A DNA stretch of 50,076 nucleotides from an uncultured Gammaproteobacteria bacterium (GTDB taxonomy: Bacteria; Patescibacteriota; Patescibacteriia; UBA9934; GWF2-40-263): positions 1,081 to 51,156 of the forward strand of contig CAYOCD010000007.1 in the NCBI GenBank assembly GCA_964402425.1, given 5' to 3'. Within the stretch, counting starts at the first letter, position 1; each line of letters starts with the position of its first letter. Made by a program: the position numbers and the translations under genes. The notes beneath the pieces were generated by a model. It saw only the letters and a list, made by a program, of their open reading frames with translations. It was not told the origin of the DNA and searched no databases. Below are positions 40,952-50,076 of the stretch, in pieces.

Positions 40952-41386
40952 TTACAGTTCGCTCGATGCATTGCTTGCGTCTGCAACATTCGCAACGTCT
41001 TTGCATGCTTTTACTTCTGCTTTAAATACTTTCCATGCATCAATTTTTGCTTTTCTCCAATCTTTCGTTGCGTCTTTTGTCGAAGCATGAAACGCGGACC
41101 AAATATTTTTCACTTCTTTTTTCAAACTTTTTGGATCCACTTCAGAAGAACTTCCGTAAAGTTCCACCAAACCGGTTTGTCGTGCTCCATATGCGTCCAC
41201 AACCGCCTGTGTATACGTTGTCACTGCTTGCGAGAGTTCAGCTTCTCTATTACGTACCGCTCCTGAAATACACTCAACCGAAGCCGCCTGATCTCTACTT
41301 GAAACGTTTGTGGATTTTGCAGCAAATGCCGGTGTCGAAAGAAAAAAGACACTCACAAGTCCGAGAAAAATGATGGATTTGGTCAT
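40952..41386 (-). CDS. secreted helical protein with a Cys pair
   Basis: Signal peptide ending PAFA; ECI...AWKVFKAEVKAC. Confidence 0.75.
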   Translation of the reverse strand: MTKSIIFLGLVSVFFLSTPAFAAKSTNVSSRDQAASVECISGAVRNREAELSQAVTTYTQAVVDAYGARQTGLVELYGSSSEVDPKSLKKEVKNIWSAFHASTKDATKDWRKAKIDAWKVFKAEVKACKDVANVADASNASSEL

Positions 41387-41512
41387 ACAATAAATGATGT
41401 TTAAAATCTCCTCATAAGAAATAATGCATCTATCGTAACATAAACACGCCGCAATCTGCCAACCTTTCACATAAATCTACAACACCCAAGTTTAAGTGAG
41501 AGTATGTTCATT

Positions 41513-41677
41513 TCACATCACTGGGAATATATATCTTATTTCCATCACATCATAACCCGGCTTGCCAGATAAATAGGTAAATTTATACATCCCAGCAAGT
41601 ACCATCACAACAAGAATAGCAGCGAGCGTGCTGACAGATATCAGCAAACCTGTTTTTATGTTTTTTGAAAAATTCAT
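41513..41677 (-). CDS. small single-TM protein (54 aa, below the ORF-track cutoff), possibly frameshifted near its C-terminus
   Basis: Manual translation MNFSKNIKTGLLISVSTLAAILVVMVLAGMYKFTYLSGKPGYDVMEIRYIFPVM*. Confidence 0.5.
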   Translation of the reverse strand: MNFSKNIKTGLLISVSTLAAILVVMVLAGMYKFTYLSGKPGYDVMEIRYIFPVM

Positions 41678-41784
41678 ATAATGACATCACGACTTATACC
41701 TTGAAAATATGAATGAATAGATGGATCATTTAGAAAATGAGTCCATCATCATGTTAGAAACTAGTAAAAACCAACATCAGTTCT

Positions 41785-42219
41785 ATGAGATTCACTTCAG
41801 AAATCGAAATCAATTGTCCTGTCGAAAAAGTCATTGAACTCGTTGATAACCCAAAGAATATGAACAAATGGATGAAGGGACTCCAAAGTTTTGAACCAAT
41901 CAGCGGGACGCCGGGGCACGTTGGGGCAAAATCACGACTCACCTTTAAAATGGGCGGCCGTAAAATTGAAATGATTGAAACAATTACCGCTAAAAATTTA
42001 CCTCATGAGTTTAGTGGAACATATGAAGCGGATGGTTTTTTTCAACGAGTAAAAAATTCGTTTGTCTCACTTCCAAACAACAGGACAAAATATATTTCAG
42101 AACAAGAATTTCAATTCAAAGGATTCATGCAAGTCGCAGAGCTCCTGATGTCTGGTTTATTTAAAAAACAATCCATGCAATATTTAGAGAACTTTAAAAA
42201 CTTTGTGGAAAACACATGA
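41785..42219 (+). CDS. SRPBCC/START-family protein
   Basis: IEINCPVEKV..DNPKNMNKWMKGL...LENFKNFVE. Confidence 0.88.
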   Translation: MRFTSEIEINCPVEKVIELVDNPKNMNKWMKGLQSFEPISGTPGHVGAKSRLTFKMGGRKIEMIETITAKNLPHEFSGTYEADGFFQRVKNSFVSLPNNRTKYISEQEFQFKGFMQVAELLMSGLFKKQSMQYLENFKNFVENT

Positions 42220-42283
42220 TCAATAGACACACCAAGAATCACTTCTCATTTATTGCTTTGTTTTTAACAGCACTTATCCTAAA

Positions 42284-42589
42284 TCATTCGACTATCTGAA
42301 GAACAACAGAGACTTTATCTCCAACACTTAAGTTCTCCTTCTTGCGCACATCAGCTTTAATAGGAAGAATATAGGTTCCTCGTTTCTTGTCTGGAAAAAT
42401 GGATGTTTTCCATGTAGTTTTTCCGATTCTTGCCTCAACACGCAAAGAACCCCATCCACGAGATATTTTTTTAAAAGATCCTTTGATGCTTTCACCATCT
42501 GTTTTTGGAACAGAAATAAAATGCCACTGAGTCGTTTCCCCAGGAAAAAGCCACATACCTGAAGTAAATTCAAAGATGTTCATATACAC
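42284..42589 (-). CDS. DUF1905-domain protein
   Basis: WHFISVP, GWGSLRV, WKTSIFPD, YILPIKADVRK. Confidence 0.9.
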   Translation of the reverse strand: MYMNIFEFTSGMWLFPGETTQWHFISVPKTDGESIKGSFKKISRGWGSLRVEARIGKTTWKTSIFPDKKRGTYILPIKADVRKKENLSVGDKVSVVLQIVE

Positions 42590-42725
42590 CTGCTAAGCGT
42601 TAGATAAAATGTTTTTCCGTCATTATGTTTATTTAATCCCGCAAACTCTCCTTATACAAGGAGAGCATAGCATGGATTTTCTCATCTCCGAACAACCATT
42701 TCCACGTCCCATCACCGCTCTATCC

Positions 42726-42763
42726 AAACAAAAATACCGAACGCAACATTCGGTATTTTTGTT
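42726..42763 (-). terminator. terminator after tRNA-Ser
   Basis: aaacaaaaataccgaa...ttcggtatttttgttt. Confidence 0.7.
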
Positions 42764-42855
42764 TGGCGGAGGGGGAGGGATTCGAACCCTCGGTACCTTT
42801 TAAGGGGCACACCTGATTTCGAGTCAGGCCCAATCGACCACTCTAGCACCCCTCC
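42764..42855 (-). tRNA. tRNA-Ser(CGA)
   Basis: ggagggg/cccctcc acceptor, cctga-ctCGAaa-tcagg, long variable arm, G discriminator, encoded CCA. Confidence 0.96.
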
Positions 42856-42921
42856 TCACCCCGAGAAGATAGCATGTGAAAGTGATCACATCAAGGATTC
42901 CTCTGTTATAATCTATTTACT

Positions 42922-43176
42922 ATGTCCAACATCAAACGTGATTGGGATCCGCTTTCAAAAGAGCGTCGTGCGGGATTGCTTCGCGAAATCATTACTTATT
43001 TTAAAGCAACACACGACCAAGAGATTGGTATGCTTGTGGCAGAAGATGTTTTAGATTTCTTTTTGCAAAATTTAGGCGACGACTTGTATAAAAAAGCTAT
43101 TGGCGACACAAAGACACTAATCCGACAAAATGCGGAGAATCTTGAAGTCGATCTGGATCTGTTGGTAAACAAATAA
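42922..43176 (+). CDS. DUF2164-domain protein
   Basis: LSKE..IITYF....EIG..AE..LDFF...LG..LY. Confidence 0.8.
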   Translation: MSNIKRDWDPLSKERRAGLLREIITYFKATHDQEIGMLVAEDVLDFFLQNLGDDLYKKAIGDTKTLIRQNAENLEVDLDLLVNK

Positions 43177-43183
43177 TTGAACC

Positions 43184-44716
43184 TTATAATGACTCCCGTT
43201 TGTAATAATCCACCGGTGCGTAGTCATCCGTGAGAATTGGAAGGTCGTTCTTTACCTCTTTCTGCCATCGATGCTTTAAATATTCCGCGAGTTCAGAATC
43301 TTTACTCTCAAACAAGGGTGACACATCCGACTTGATCGCAACCAATAAAATATTTTGCACACGCGCGCCGTTTTCTGGAAAGGCGACGGGGAAAAGATAG
43401 ACTTGCGGAAAGATCGATCGATATGTTGCATATTCTGCCCGTAAAAACTTTCCGGATGTTCCGTCGATCGATGAAATAAGGTTTGCGAGAACAACTCCCC
43501 CATCATTTAATAAATCATACTCACGCTGAATGGCCTCTTTTGTGGTGAGTTGAAACGGCACGGATGAAAACGAGTTGAAGGCATCACCATAAATCACATC
43601 ATACGTTTTGTCTGATCGATTCAAAAATCGGCGCGCGTCTTCATGATACGTTGTGAGTCGCGCATCTTCTTTCAAGCGAAAATATTTTTTGGCGAGTTCT
43701 GTCATGACAGGGTCGATCTCCACAACATCCATGTGTGCGTTCGGAAAACGTTTCAAAAAATCTTTTGGATAGGAATACGCGCACCCACCGAGCATCAACG
43801 TGTTTTTCAAATCTGATTTAAAGTGCGCGTCTAGTCGATAAAATTTTGTGTAATCGAACACCAACTCATCACTTTCAACAAACATGGCACACTCTGTTCC
43901 AAATGGATCCGTGGACACATTCAACACTTCTTTTCCCGTCAGATGATCTGTGCTTGGATACACTTTTATCCGACTATATTTTGAATCAATGTCTAAAATG
44001 CGATGCTGTGTGAAAAGGAAAGTCCTTGTTTCCACATGAAACGCGTACAACGAACAGATAAAGATGAATACGCCAAGCACGGCTGCTTGCATGGTTCTTG
44101 TACGTAAAAAGAGAAGAGATGTTAAAAGAAGGATAAACGCAAACAATAAAATGTTTTCCGATGTCCCAAGTGTTGGAATCAAAATAAATCCCGCAAAAAA
44201 CGTCCCAAAAATACTTCCGGCCGTTGAAACGGCATACAAATTTCCAACCGTAGATGCGGAATGTTCCATATGCACCATTTTTAATCGGACGGCGTAGGGA
44301 GAAACGATTCCAAGCAAAAATCCGGTTGGAGCAAATAAAATCATAGCGGAAAGTGTTGCACTTAATTCAAGCCATGGAATTGTTTTTTGAAAAAAAGACA
44401 ACACGTTTGTGTGAACACAAAAAACAAAAAGAATACTGACGGCCGCTGCAAAAATGATGCGCGCGTATTGTTCAAAACTTGTTTTTTGGTCCGCAATTTT
44501 TCCTCCGTACCAATACCCAAGACTCAAAAACCCTAAAATAACCCCGATCAAGCTCGTCCAAACGAACGTAGACGTCCCAAGATACGGCGCAAACATGCGA
44601 GATCCCACAAGCTCAAACATCATAAGTGTTGCCCCACACAAAAACACACTTAAGAATAACGCACCCGCCTGATAATGACGCATGATTTTTTCGTGTGCAG
44701 AAAAGAAAAATTTCAT
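43184..44716 (-). CDS. fused MFS-like membrane domain / spermidine synthase-like SAM-binding domain
   Basis: ELVGSRMFAPYLGTS, STAGSIFGTF; VVEIDP, EDARRFL, YDVIYGDAF, LTDDYAP; exact start uncertain. Confidence 0.88.
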   Translation of the reverse strand: MKFFFSAHEKIMRHYQAGALFLSVFLCGATLMMFELVGSRMFAPYLGTSTFVWTSLIGVILGFLSLGYWYGGKIADQKTSFEQYARIIFAAAVSILFVFCVHTNVLSFFQKTIPWLELSATLSAMILFAPTGFLLGIVSPYAVRLKMVHMEHSASTVGNLYAVSTAGSIFGTFFAGFILIPTLGTSENILLFAFILLLTSLLFLRTRTMQAAVLGVFIFICSLYAFHVETRTFLFTQHRILDIDSKYSRIKVYPSTDHLTGKEVLNVSTDPFGTECAMFVESDELVFDYTKFYRLDAHFKSDLKNTLMLGGCAYSYPKDFLKRFPNAHMDVVEIDPVMTELAKKYFRLKEDARLTTYHEDARRFLNRSDKTYDVIYGDAFNSFSSVPFQLTTKEAIQREYDLLNDGGVVLANLISSIDGTSGKFLRAEYATYRSIFPQVYLFPVAFPENGARVQNILLVAIKSDVSPLFESKDSELAEYLKHRWQKEVKNDLPILTDDYAPVDYYKRESL

Positions 44717-44796
44717 AGTAACCGTATCATAACACGCAGTCTCTCTTTTATTCTCTCCTTCTTTCCTTCTTCTCTTCTTGTTATACTGTGATTACT

Positions 44797-45663
44797 ATGA
44801 AAATCCGAAAAGCGATTATTCCGGTTGCCGGAATGGGGACACGTTTCCTCCCCGCTGCAAAAGCACAGCCAAAAGAAATGCTCTCTGTTGTGGATAAGCC
44901 TGTTATTCAATATATCGTTGAAGAAGCCGTTGCAAGTGGTATTGAAGAAATCATCTTTGTAACAGCTATTGGTAAGCGCGCTATTGAAGATCACTTTGAT
45001 CGCAATTTTGAACTTGAGTATCGGTTGGAACAAAAGAAAAAGATCGAAGCATTGAAAGAAATTCAAAAAATTGGAAAGTTGGCAAAGTTTGCCTTTGTTC
45101 GTCAAAATAAGCCCCTTGGGGATGGTCACGCCATTCTTTCTGCCCTCCCATTTGTTGAAAAACATGAACCAGTTGCTGTCTTATTTGGTGATGACATTAT
45201 TGACGGCAAACTTCCTGCCCTCAAACAACTGATCGAGGTTTACGATGAATATGATTCCCCTGTTATCGCTCTGCAAAAAGTCCCAAAAAAGGATGTTTCA
45301 AGTTACGGAGTCATTGGTGGAAAAAAAGTCGGTAACGGATCTTGGCAGATCGATCGCTTTGTAGAAAAACCATCTGTCGCGGAAGCTCCTTCAGATCTGA
45401 TCGTTATTGGTCGTTACATTATCACTCCAGAAATCATGGCAATGTTACCAAAAGTCTCCGCTGGAAAAGACGGAGAGATCAGACTCGCAGACGCTTTTGC
45501 AAAATATCTCTCTGAAGGAAAATCTCTTTACGGATGTCAGTTTGACGGAACACGCTATGATTGCGGCTCCAAACTTGGCTTTGTTAAAGCACAGATTGAA
45601 CTCGGACTCAAACACAAAGACATTGGAGCAGATTTGAAGAAATACTTAAAATCGAGGAAGTAA
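44797..45663 (+). CDS. galU: UTP--glucose-1-phosphate uridylyltransferase
   Basis: KAIIPVAGMGTRFLPA, PKEML, LGDGHA, VEKP, GRY, RYDCG. Confidence 0.95.
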   Translation: MKIRKAIIPVAGMGTRFLPAAKAQPKEMLSVVDKPVIQYIVEEAVASGIEEIIFVTAIGKRAIEDHFDRNFELEYRLEQKKKIEALKEIQKIGKLAKFAFVRQNKPLGDGHAILSALPFVEKHEPVAVLFGDDIIDGKLPALKQLIEVYDEYDSPVIALQKVPKKDVSSYGVIGGKKVGNGSWQIDRFVEKPSVAEAPSDLIVIGRYIITPEIMAMLPKVSAGKDGEIRLADAFAKYLSEGKSLYGCQFDGTRYDCGSKLGFVKAQIELGLKHKDIGADLKKYLKSRK

Positions 45664-45665
45664 GT

Positions 45666-47036
45666 ATGAAATACACAAAACTCATTGCGGCTCTTTCGAT
45701 CGTTTCACTCCTTGGTGCAGGGTGTGGCGGACCATCTGCGGCGCAAATAGCCGCTTCAAAACCCGTTTCCCTTGTTGTTTGGCGCGTTTTTGATTCAGAT
45801 GACACATTACAACCCGTCATGTCCGCATATCAAAAACTGCACCCAAACGTCTCCTTTGAATACCGAGAGTTACGTCCGGAAGATTTCAAAAATGAGCTTT
45901 TGCGCGCCCTTGCGGAAGGCAATGGTCCAGATATTTTTTCTTTAAACAATGCATGGATTGGAGAATATCAATCTCTTATTTCACCCCTTCCCGCTTCCCT
46001 CAAAATCCCCTACTCGGAAGTTCGCGGAACCATCAAAAAAGAAACAGTCTATACGATCAAGGAACAACCAAGTCTTTCGCAAAGATCCCTAAAAACAGAA
46101 TTTGTCGATGTTGTTGCCACAGATGTTTTGCGCCCATATCAAGAAAACGCAAAAGCACCTGTTACCGACCGCATCTTTGGACTTCCACTTGCTGTTGATA
46201 CCCTCGCCCTTTATTTCAATAAAGATTTACTGAATGCAGCTGGATTTCCAGAACCACCAAAAACATGGACACAATTCCAAGAACAAGCAACAAAACTTAC
46301 ACGTATCGGTGCAAACAATGAAGTCCTTCAGTCTGGAGCTGGAATAGGAACCGGAAAAAATGTTGAGCGAGCATCAGACATCCTTGCACTCCTCATGATG
46401 CAAAACGGAACACAAATGACAGACGAGCGCGGAGTCGCCACGTTTGCAAACGCAGATCAAAGCAAACGAGTCCTTGGATTAGACGCAGTCAATTTTTACA
46501 CCGATTTTGCAAACCCAACCAAACAAGTTTATGGTTGGAACAAAACACAACCAAAGTCGTTTGATGCGTTCACTTCTGGAAAAACAGCCTTCTTCTTTGG
46601 CTATTCTTATCACGCCCCCCTTATTCGCGCAGCCGCTCCAAAACTTCCATTCGGCATTTCACCCATTCCACAAATAGAGGGTGGAAAAACAGTGAACCAT
46701 GCAAACTATTGGATTGAAACTGTTTCAAAAGCATCACCAAACATTGATTTTGCCTGGGACTTCATCCAGTTTGCCACAAGCGCAGAACAAGTTCCTCCTT
46801 ATTTAACAGCAGCGCGCAAACCAACCGCACGTCGTTCACTCATCAATTCACAAATACAAGACGAAGATTTATCAATCTTTGCCTCACAAGTTCTCACGGC
46901 AAAAAGTTGGTATAAAGGAAAAAATGCGATCGTGGCAGAAAACACCCTCATTGATTTAATTGAAGCGATTCTTGCCGGAAATGACGCACAGAAATCGATT
47001 CAAGAAGCACAAAACAAAGTGAATCAAACGTTATGA
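45666..47036 (+). CDS. extracellular solute-binding lipoprotein (sugar-binding family 1-like)
   Basis: Lipobox LGAGC; GPDIF, GLPLAVDTLALYFNKDL, PPKTW, AWDFIQF. Confidence 0.88.
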   Translation: MKYTKLIAALSIVSLLGAGCGGPSAAQIAASKPVSLVVWRVFDSDDTLQPVMSAYQKLHPNVSFEYRELRPEDFKNELLRALAEGNGPDIFSLNNAWIGEYQSLISPLPASLKIPYSEVRGTIKKETVYTIKEQPSLSQRSLKTEFVDVVATDVLRPYQENAKAPVTDRIFGLPLAVDTLALYFNKDLLNAAGFPEPPKTWTQFQEQATKLTRIGANNEVLQSGAGIGTGKNVERASDILALLMMQNGTQMTDERGVATFANADQSKRVLGLDAVNFYTDFANPTKQVYGWNKTQPKSFDAFTSGKTAFFFGYSYHAPLIRAAAPKLPFGISPIPQIEGGKTVNHANYWIETVSKASPNIDFAWDFIQFATSAEQVPPYLTAARKPTARRSLINSQIQDEDLSIFASQVLTAKSWYKGKNAIVAENTLIDLIEAILAGNDAQKSIQEAQNKVNQTL

Positions 47037-47692
47037 AAAAACTCGCGTTCGCCATTCTCACGCTCATCCTCCTGATGTCTCCGTCCATAAGTTCTGCTGC
47101 GTATGTGAGTGATATTTGTCCGGGTGATCCTTACTCCACAACCATTCTTTGTCCGAAAGAGAGTGTTGGATGGTTTTTACAAGGCGTCACAAACGCCTGT
47201 GGAAATGTGGGAAATTGCACCCTTACAGATATGATGGTTGTTGTAGCAAATGTAGGGAACTTTGTTCTCAGAATCATTGCAGCTGTTACCTTGTTTATGT
47301 ACGTTCTTGGAGGATTCTGGATTCTTGCGTCACACGGAAATTCTGAATGGGTAAGTAAAGGAAAAAAAACGATAACCATTGCAACAACAGGTTTAATAAT
47401 TGTTATGACGGCCTATCTCGGCGTAACAACCATTAAAAAATATTTAACAAATCAAGCAAGCTCAGGACCAGGTGGAGCTTCTTATGCTGTTTCTTGTGAT
47501 GCGGGTTCGGAAGGACAAGCTTGTGCTCTCAATAAAAAATGTATGGGTGGTACGTGTGTTGAGCTCTGTACAGCAGATTACAGTGGAACGTATAGTTGTA
47601 TAGAAAAAAATGTGGTCAACCCAGGAAAATTAAGTTCCTGTGTTCCAAACAAATGTTCATCCTCCGTTGACACCATGTGTTGTCCTCCTTAA
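47033..47692 (+). CDS. VirB2/TrbC-like pilin with Cys-rich extensions
   Basis: YVLGGFWILASHGN..VSKGKKTI..ATTGLIIV core; Cys-rich tail. Confidence 0.8.
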   Translation: MKKLAFAILTLILLMSPSISSAAYVSDICPGDPYSTTILCPKESVGWFLQGVTNACGNVGNCTLTDMMVVVANVGNFVLRIIAAVTLFMYVLGGFWILASHGNSEWVSKGKKTITIATTGLIIVMTAYLGVTTIKKYLTNQASSGPGGASYAVSCDAGSEGQACALNKKCMGGTCVELCTADYSGTYSCIEKNVVNPGKLSSCVPNKCSSSVDTMCCPP

Positions 47693-47700
47693 AAAAACCT

Positions 47701-48039
47701 ATGAAAACGTCTTTGAAAAAATTTGCTCTGTTCTCCCTTGTGTTATTCATTCTTCCGCTTGTCACACATGCAGAACTTATCAATCCGCTTGGAACCACAA
47801 GTATTGAAGGCTTTATTGGCCGACTCATTAAAGCCATTCTTGGTCTTTCTGGTTCTGTCGCTCTTCTCATGTTTGTTTGGGGAGGATTCCAATACCTCTG
47901 GTCTGCTGGCGATCCAAAAAAAGTAGATAAAGGAAAAGAAACACTTAAAAACGCCGTGCTCGGAATCGTGATTATCTTCTTTGCATACACATTCGTAAAT
48001 ACATTGATAAAAATTCTCGCTTCAGGATCATTGACGTAG
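47701..48039 (+). CDS. VirB2/TrbC-like pilin
   Basis: NPLG, WGGFQYLWSAGDPKKVDKGK..LKNAVLG. Confidence 0.85.
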   Translation: MKTSLKKFALFSLVLFILPLVTHAELINPLGTTSIEGFIGRLIKAILGLSGSVALLMFVWGGFQYLWSAGDPKKVDKGKETLKNAVLGIVIIFFAYTFVNTLIKILASGSLT

Positions 48040-48166
48040 CGCATGTGGATATCTTCCATATCAAAAATTGCAAAAAAACGATAAAATAACTTTATCGTTT
48101 TTTTCTATTCAAATTTTTAACCCCGTATTGTACGGGAGGCTTGCGCGCTTCCCTTACCATTTTCTT

Positions 48167-48607
48167 ATGAACACGCTTTCAAAGAAACACATCGGATACA
48201 TTCTCGGAGCTGTTTTTGCCTTTTTACTTATGCTTCCTGCTGTATTAAACCTGACTCCTCACGCTCAAGCAGCAACAGGAGCCCTTACAGCTGAAGAGCT
48301 CTTTGGTGGAACAGAACAAGGAGATGGCTCTGACTTTGCTGGAGCAGCAGGTCTCAGCTCAGGAAACCTTGTTGATGCGATCTCTTCCATTATCCGTGTT
48401 GCTATTGGATTCCTTGGAATCATTGCTGTATTAATCATCCTTATTGGAGGTTTTAAATGGATGACTTCCGGTGGAAACGAAGATAAAGTAAAAAAGGCGA
48501 AGGCTCTCATCTTCCAAGGAATTATCGGACTTGTCATTGTCCTTTCTTCCTACGCCATTGCTTCTTTCGTTATTACCTCTATCACAACCGCAACCGCTAC
48601 AAACTAA
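48167..48607 (+). CDS. VirB2/TrbC-like pilin
   Basis: GGFKWMTSGGNEDKVKKAK..IFQGIIG. Confidence 0.85.
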   Translation: MNTLSKKHIGYILGAVFAFLLMLPAVLNLTPHAQAATGALTAEELFGGTEQGDGSDFAGAAGLSSGNLVDAISSIIRVAIGFLGIIAVLIILIGGFKWMTSGGNEDKVKKAKALIFQGIIGLVIVLSSYAIASFVITSITTATATN

Positions 48608-48701
48608 ACAAACAAATTCCCCATTCCTGAAATGGGGATTTGCATGAGCGGATCAAATTGATCCCTTCATGCGAATTCGTCTTCTCTTTATTCTTCAGCA
48701 T

Positions 48702-49085
48702 ATGAAACGTTTCGCGATTTCACTTGGTGTTTTCCTTCAGGTGTTTCTATTCTCACATTTGCCGGCATTCGCTGCAGACACCCCTACAAGTCTTTTGACA
48801 GGTGGTCTCAATGACGCCGCAGCAGGTGTAGGTTACAACCAAAACTTGAGTTTGCCTGACATTATTGGTCGACTCATCGCTGCTATCCTTGGAGCTGTTG
48901 GGCTTGTTTTCATCATCATCATCATTACAGCTGGAATCACTTATATGACAGCAGGTGGTGATCCAGGAAAAGTAGACAAGGCAAAACAATCAATTACGCG
49001 GGCGATTATCGGTATTATCATCATCGTTGGTGCGTATGCTCTTACAAGCTTTGTCATCGAACAATTAAAAAACGCAGTGGCATAA
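48702..49085 (+). CDS. VirB2/TrbC-like pilin
   Basis: AGITYMTAGGDPGKVDKAK..ITRAIIG. Confidence 0.85.
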   Translation: MKRFAISLGVFLQVFLFSHLPAFAADTPTSLLTGGLNDAAAGVGYNQNLSLPDIIGRLIAAILGAVGLVFIIIIITAGITYMTAGGDPGKVDKAKQSITRAIIGIIIIVGAYALTSFVIEQLKNAVA

Positions 49086-49116
49086 AAAAATAATTATAAG
49101 TCTTCATTCAATCCAT

Positions 49117-49512
49117 ATGTTAAAAAACAGTTTTCTCAAATTCGGTGCAATGGTCGGTTCACTTCCCGCTCTCTTTCTTCCAGCAACAACTTTTGCGGCA
49201 AATAATCCTTTATTAAACTCGGAAACTAATCTAGGTAAAGTAAAAACGGAATCTGGACTCACTGCAGGAGCAACAAATTTACCAGAACTTATCGGAAGAT
49301 TCGTTGGGGTAATTATCGGTGTTTTAGGAATCATCTTGGTTATACGTATTATTCAAGCAGGTATTATGTATATGACAGCTGGAGGTGATCCAGGAAAAGT
49401 TGATAAAGCAAAAAAGATGATTACGGAAGGTATTGTCGGAATTGTTATTATCATCGCCGCCTACTCCATCTCCAGCTTCGTTATTGATGCCCTCAAAGGA
49501 GCAACAGCCTAA
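49117..49512 (+). CDS. VirB2/TrbC-like pilin
   Basis: AGIMYMTAGGDPGKVDKAK..ITEGIVG. Confidence 0.85.
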   Translation: MLKNSFLKFGAMVGSLPALFLPATTFAANNPLLNSETNLGKVKTESGLTAGATNLPELIGRFVGVIIGVLGIILVIRIIQAGIMYMTAGGDPGKVDKAKKMITEGIVGIVIIIAAYSISSFVIDALKGATA

Positions 49513-49618
49513 ATTAGAAAAAAACAAGATGAATATCATCTTGTTTTTTTGTTCTAAAAAAAAGAACCCCGGTACTCTTTCAGCAACTTGCTGTTGAGTA
49601 TCGGGGTAAGATTGCGGT

Positions 49619-50074
49619 TCAGTGAATTGGATCTCCCGTTCTTCCGCTAATACGCGGACGTCCTGTGTGGAGACTAACCGAATTCTCGTGGAACACGAGC
49701 CGCTTCGGATTTCCCCAGACGATCTGAGGAGGAATTCCCGAAACAGCAACGGTGGTGACAGGAACAAGGTAGACGAGTTCGATGGTGTCGCCGGGTTGGT
49801 AACCGACGTAGATGGTGTCGATTCCGTTAGGATCAAACCCCCTCACCGGAACAGTGTCCGCCTTCTTGTCTCCATTCATGTCCGCGTAGAACTCCTCAAA
49901 CCGGACACCGGTCGGAGGAGGCCCTTTGTGGGCAACAGCGATAGTCTGGCCGTTTTTCTTGACGATCACGCGTTGCATTCCACCAGATCGGATAAACCAC
50001 TTTTGTGCTCCATCACTGATCGAATGAACCTCCACATAGAAGGGAGACCCACCGAACATGTTCCAGGTCGCTGC
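49619..50074 (-). CDS. hypothetical protein, probably 5'-truncated by the window edge
   Basis: Frame stays open to the window end; visibly more GC-rich than the pilin genes; contains DMNGDKKAD. Confidence 0.6.
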   Translation of the reverse strand, partial: AATWNMFGGSPFYVEVHSISDGAQKWFIRSGGMQRVIVKKNGQTIAVAHKGPPPTGVRFEEFYADMNGDKKADTVPVRGFDPNGIDTIYVGYQPGDTIELVYLVPVTTVAVSGIPPQIVWGNPKRLVFHENSVSLHTGRPRISGRTGDPIH

Positions 50075-50076
50075 GG

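Overview
Chromosomal segment of a bacterium inferred to be Patescibacteria/CPR (tandem VirB2-like pilins, lamin-tail surface protein, DUF5652, RnfD-FNR fusion with ApbE, 23S rRNA not linked to 16S). It holds a partial 23S rRNA (minus strand, own sigma70 promoter, two hairpin insertions), four tRNAs (Leu-TAG, Gly-GCC, Leu-TAA, Ser-CGA) and about 50 CDS, including ruvB, cca, a trmH-like gene, mgtA, galU, apbE, wzx and an ECF sigma factor. The main discovery candidate is a three-gene ubiquitin-like conjugation operon at 11525-13991: a coiled-coil/E2-like protein, a ThiF-type E1 and a beta-grasp Ubl ending in -RGS, with no JAB peptidase. It is bracketed by the intact trmH-like gene and an 80%-identical orphan copy of that gene's last 87 bp, which points to acquisition by recombination. 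Second, two related ~127-nt hairpin elements with 20-bp terminal inverted repeats abut the 5' ends of tRNA-Leu(TAG) and tRNA-Gly, and a third tRNA carries an HNH endonuclease gene in the same position. All calls come from reading motifs by eye; no database searches were run.
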